The position numbers and the translations under genes were made by a program. A stretch of DNA of 64,000 nucleotides from Magallana gigas (Eukaryota), in the NCBI RefSeq assembly GCF_963853765.1, contig NC_088855.1, forward strand, positions 48,670,001-48,734,000, in the 5' to 3' direction. This document shows positions 63,816 to 64,000 of the stretch, piece by piece (positions within the stretch are counted from its first letter, which is position 1; every line of letters begins with the position of its first letter). The notes under the pieces were generated by a model. It worked only from the letters and a program-made list of their open reading frames with translations. It did not search any database and was not told where the DNA came from.

Positions 63816-64000
63816 GTAATGAATGAAATTTTACAAAGTGAAAAAAGAATCCATCTAATGTTGTCTAACACTAATTGTGAAATTAAAAGTGCATGTATAA
63901 TATAATTATAAGAGTAAGTTGTTTACCTAAAATGTTAACTTTATAAACATTACAAGTACATTGTTAAAATTCATTTATTGGTCTTTTTCTACTTTTTACT

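Overview
AT-rich eukaryotic genomic DNA with many short GT-AG introns. The repeat types suggest a bivalve, probably an oyster (inference). Hand splicing gives seven protein-coding genes: two tandem 14-exon SLC13 Na+/carboxylate (or sulfate) cotransporter paralogs (+, 6751-15561 and 20194-30802); a secreted DUF3105/TP53I13-like protein (-, 32658-36820) that the ORF track almost entirely misses; a single-coding-exon RING-Bbox-Bbox-CC-NHL TRIM protein (-, 38399-40693); an SH3-less PSTPIP-type F-BAR protein (+, 43331-49439); mitochondrial aspartyl-tRNA synthetase DARS2 (-, 51013-61822); and the 5' part of RMND1 (+, from 63033), head-to-head with DARS2. The most striking non-genic structure is in intron 2 of the second SLC13 gene. 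A ~4-kb 57-bp minisatellite (~70 units), preceded by an older 28-bp array, is made of amplified copies of the exon-3 splice acceptor plus the first ~12 exon bases. In the exon reading frame each unit ends in an in-frame TAG, so only the last acceptor can give a functional protein. Other repeats also sit on splice sites, in DARS2 and in the F-BAR gene. Non-autonomous transposons (mariner-, Kolobok- and Helitron-like, and palindromic MITEs) are common. No rRNA, tRNA or CRISPR array is supported. Exon coordinates were derived by eye and need RNA-seq confirmation.
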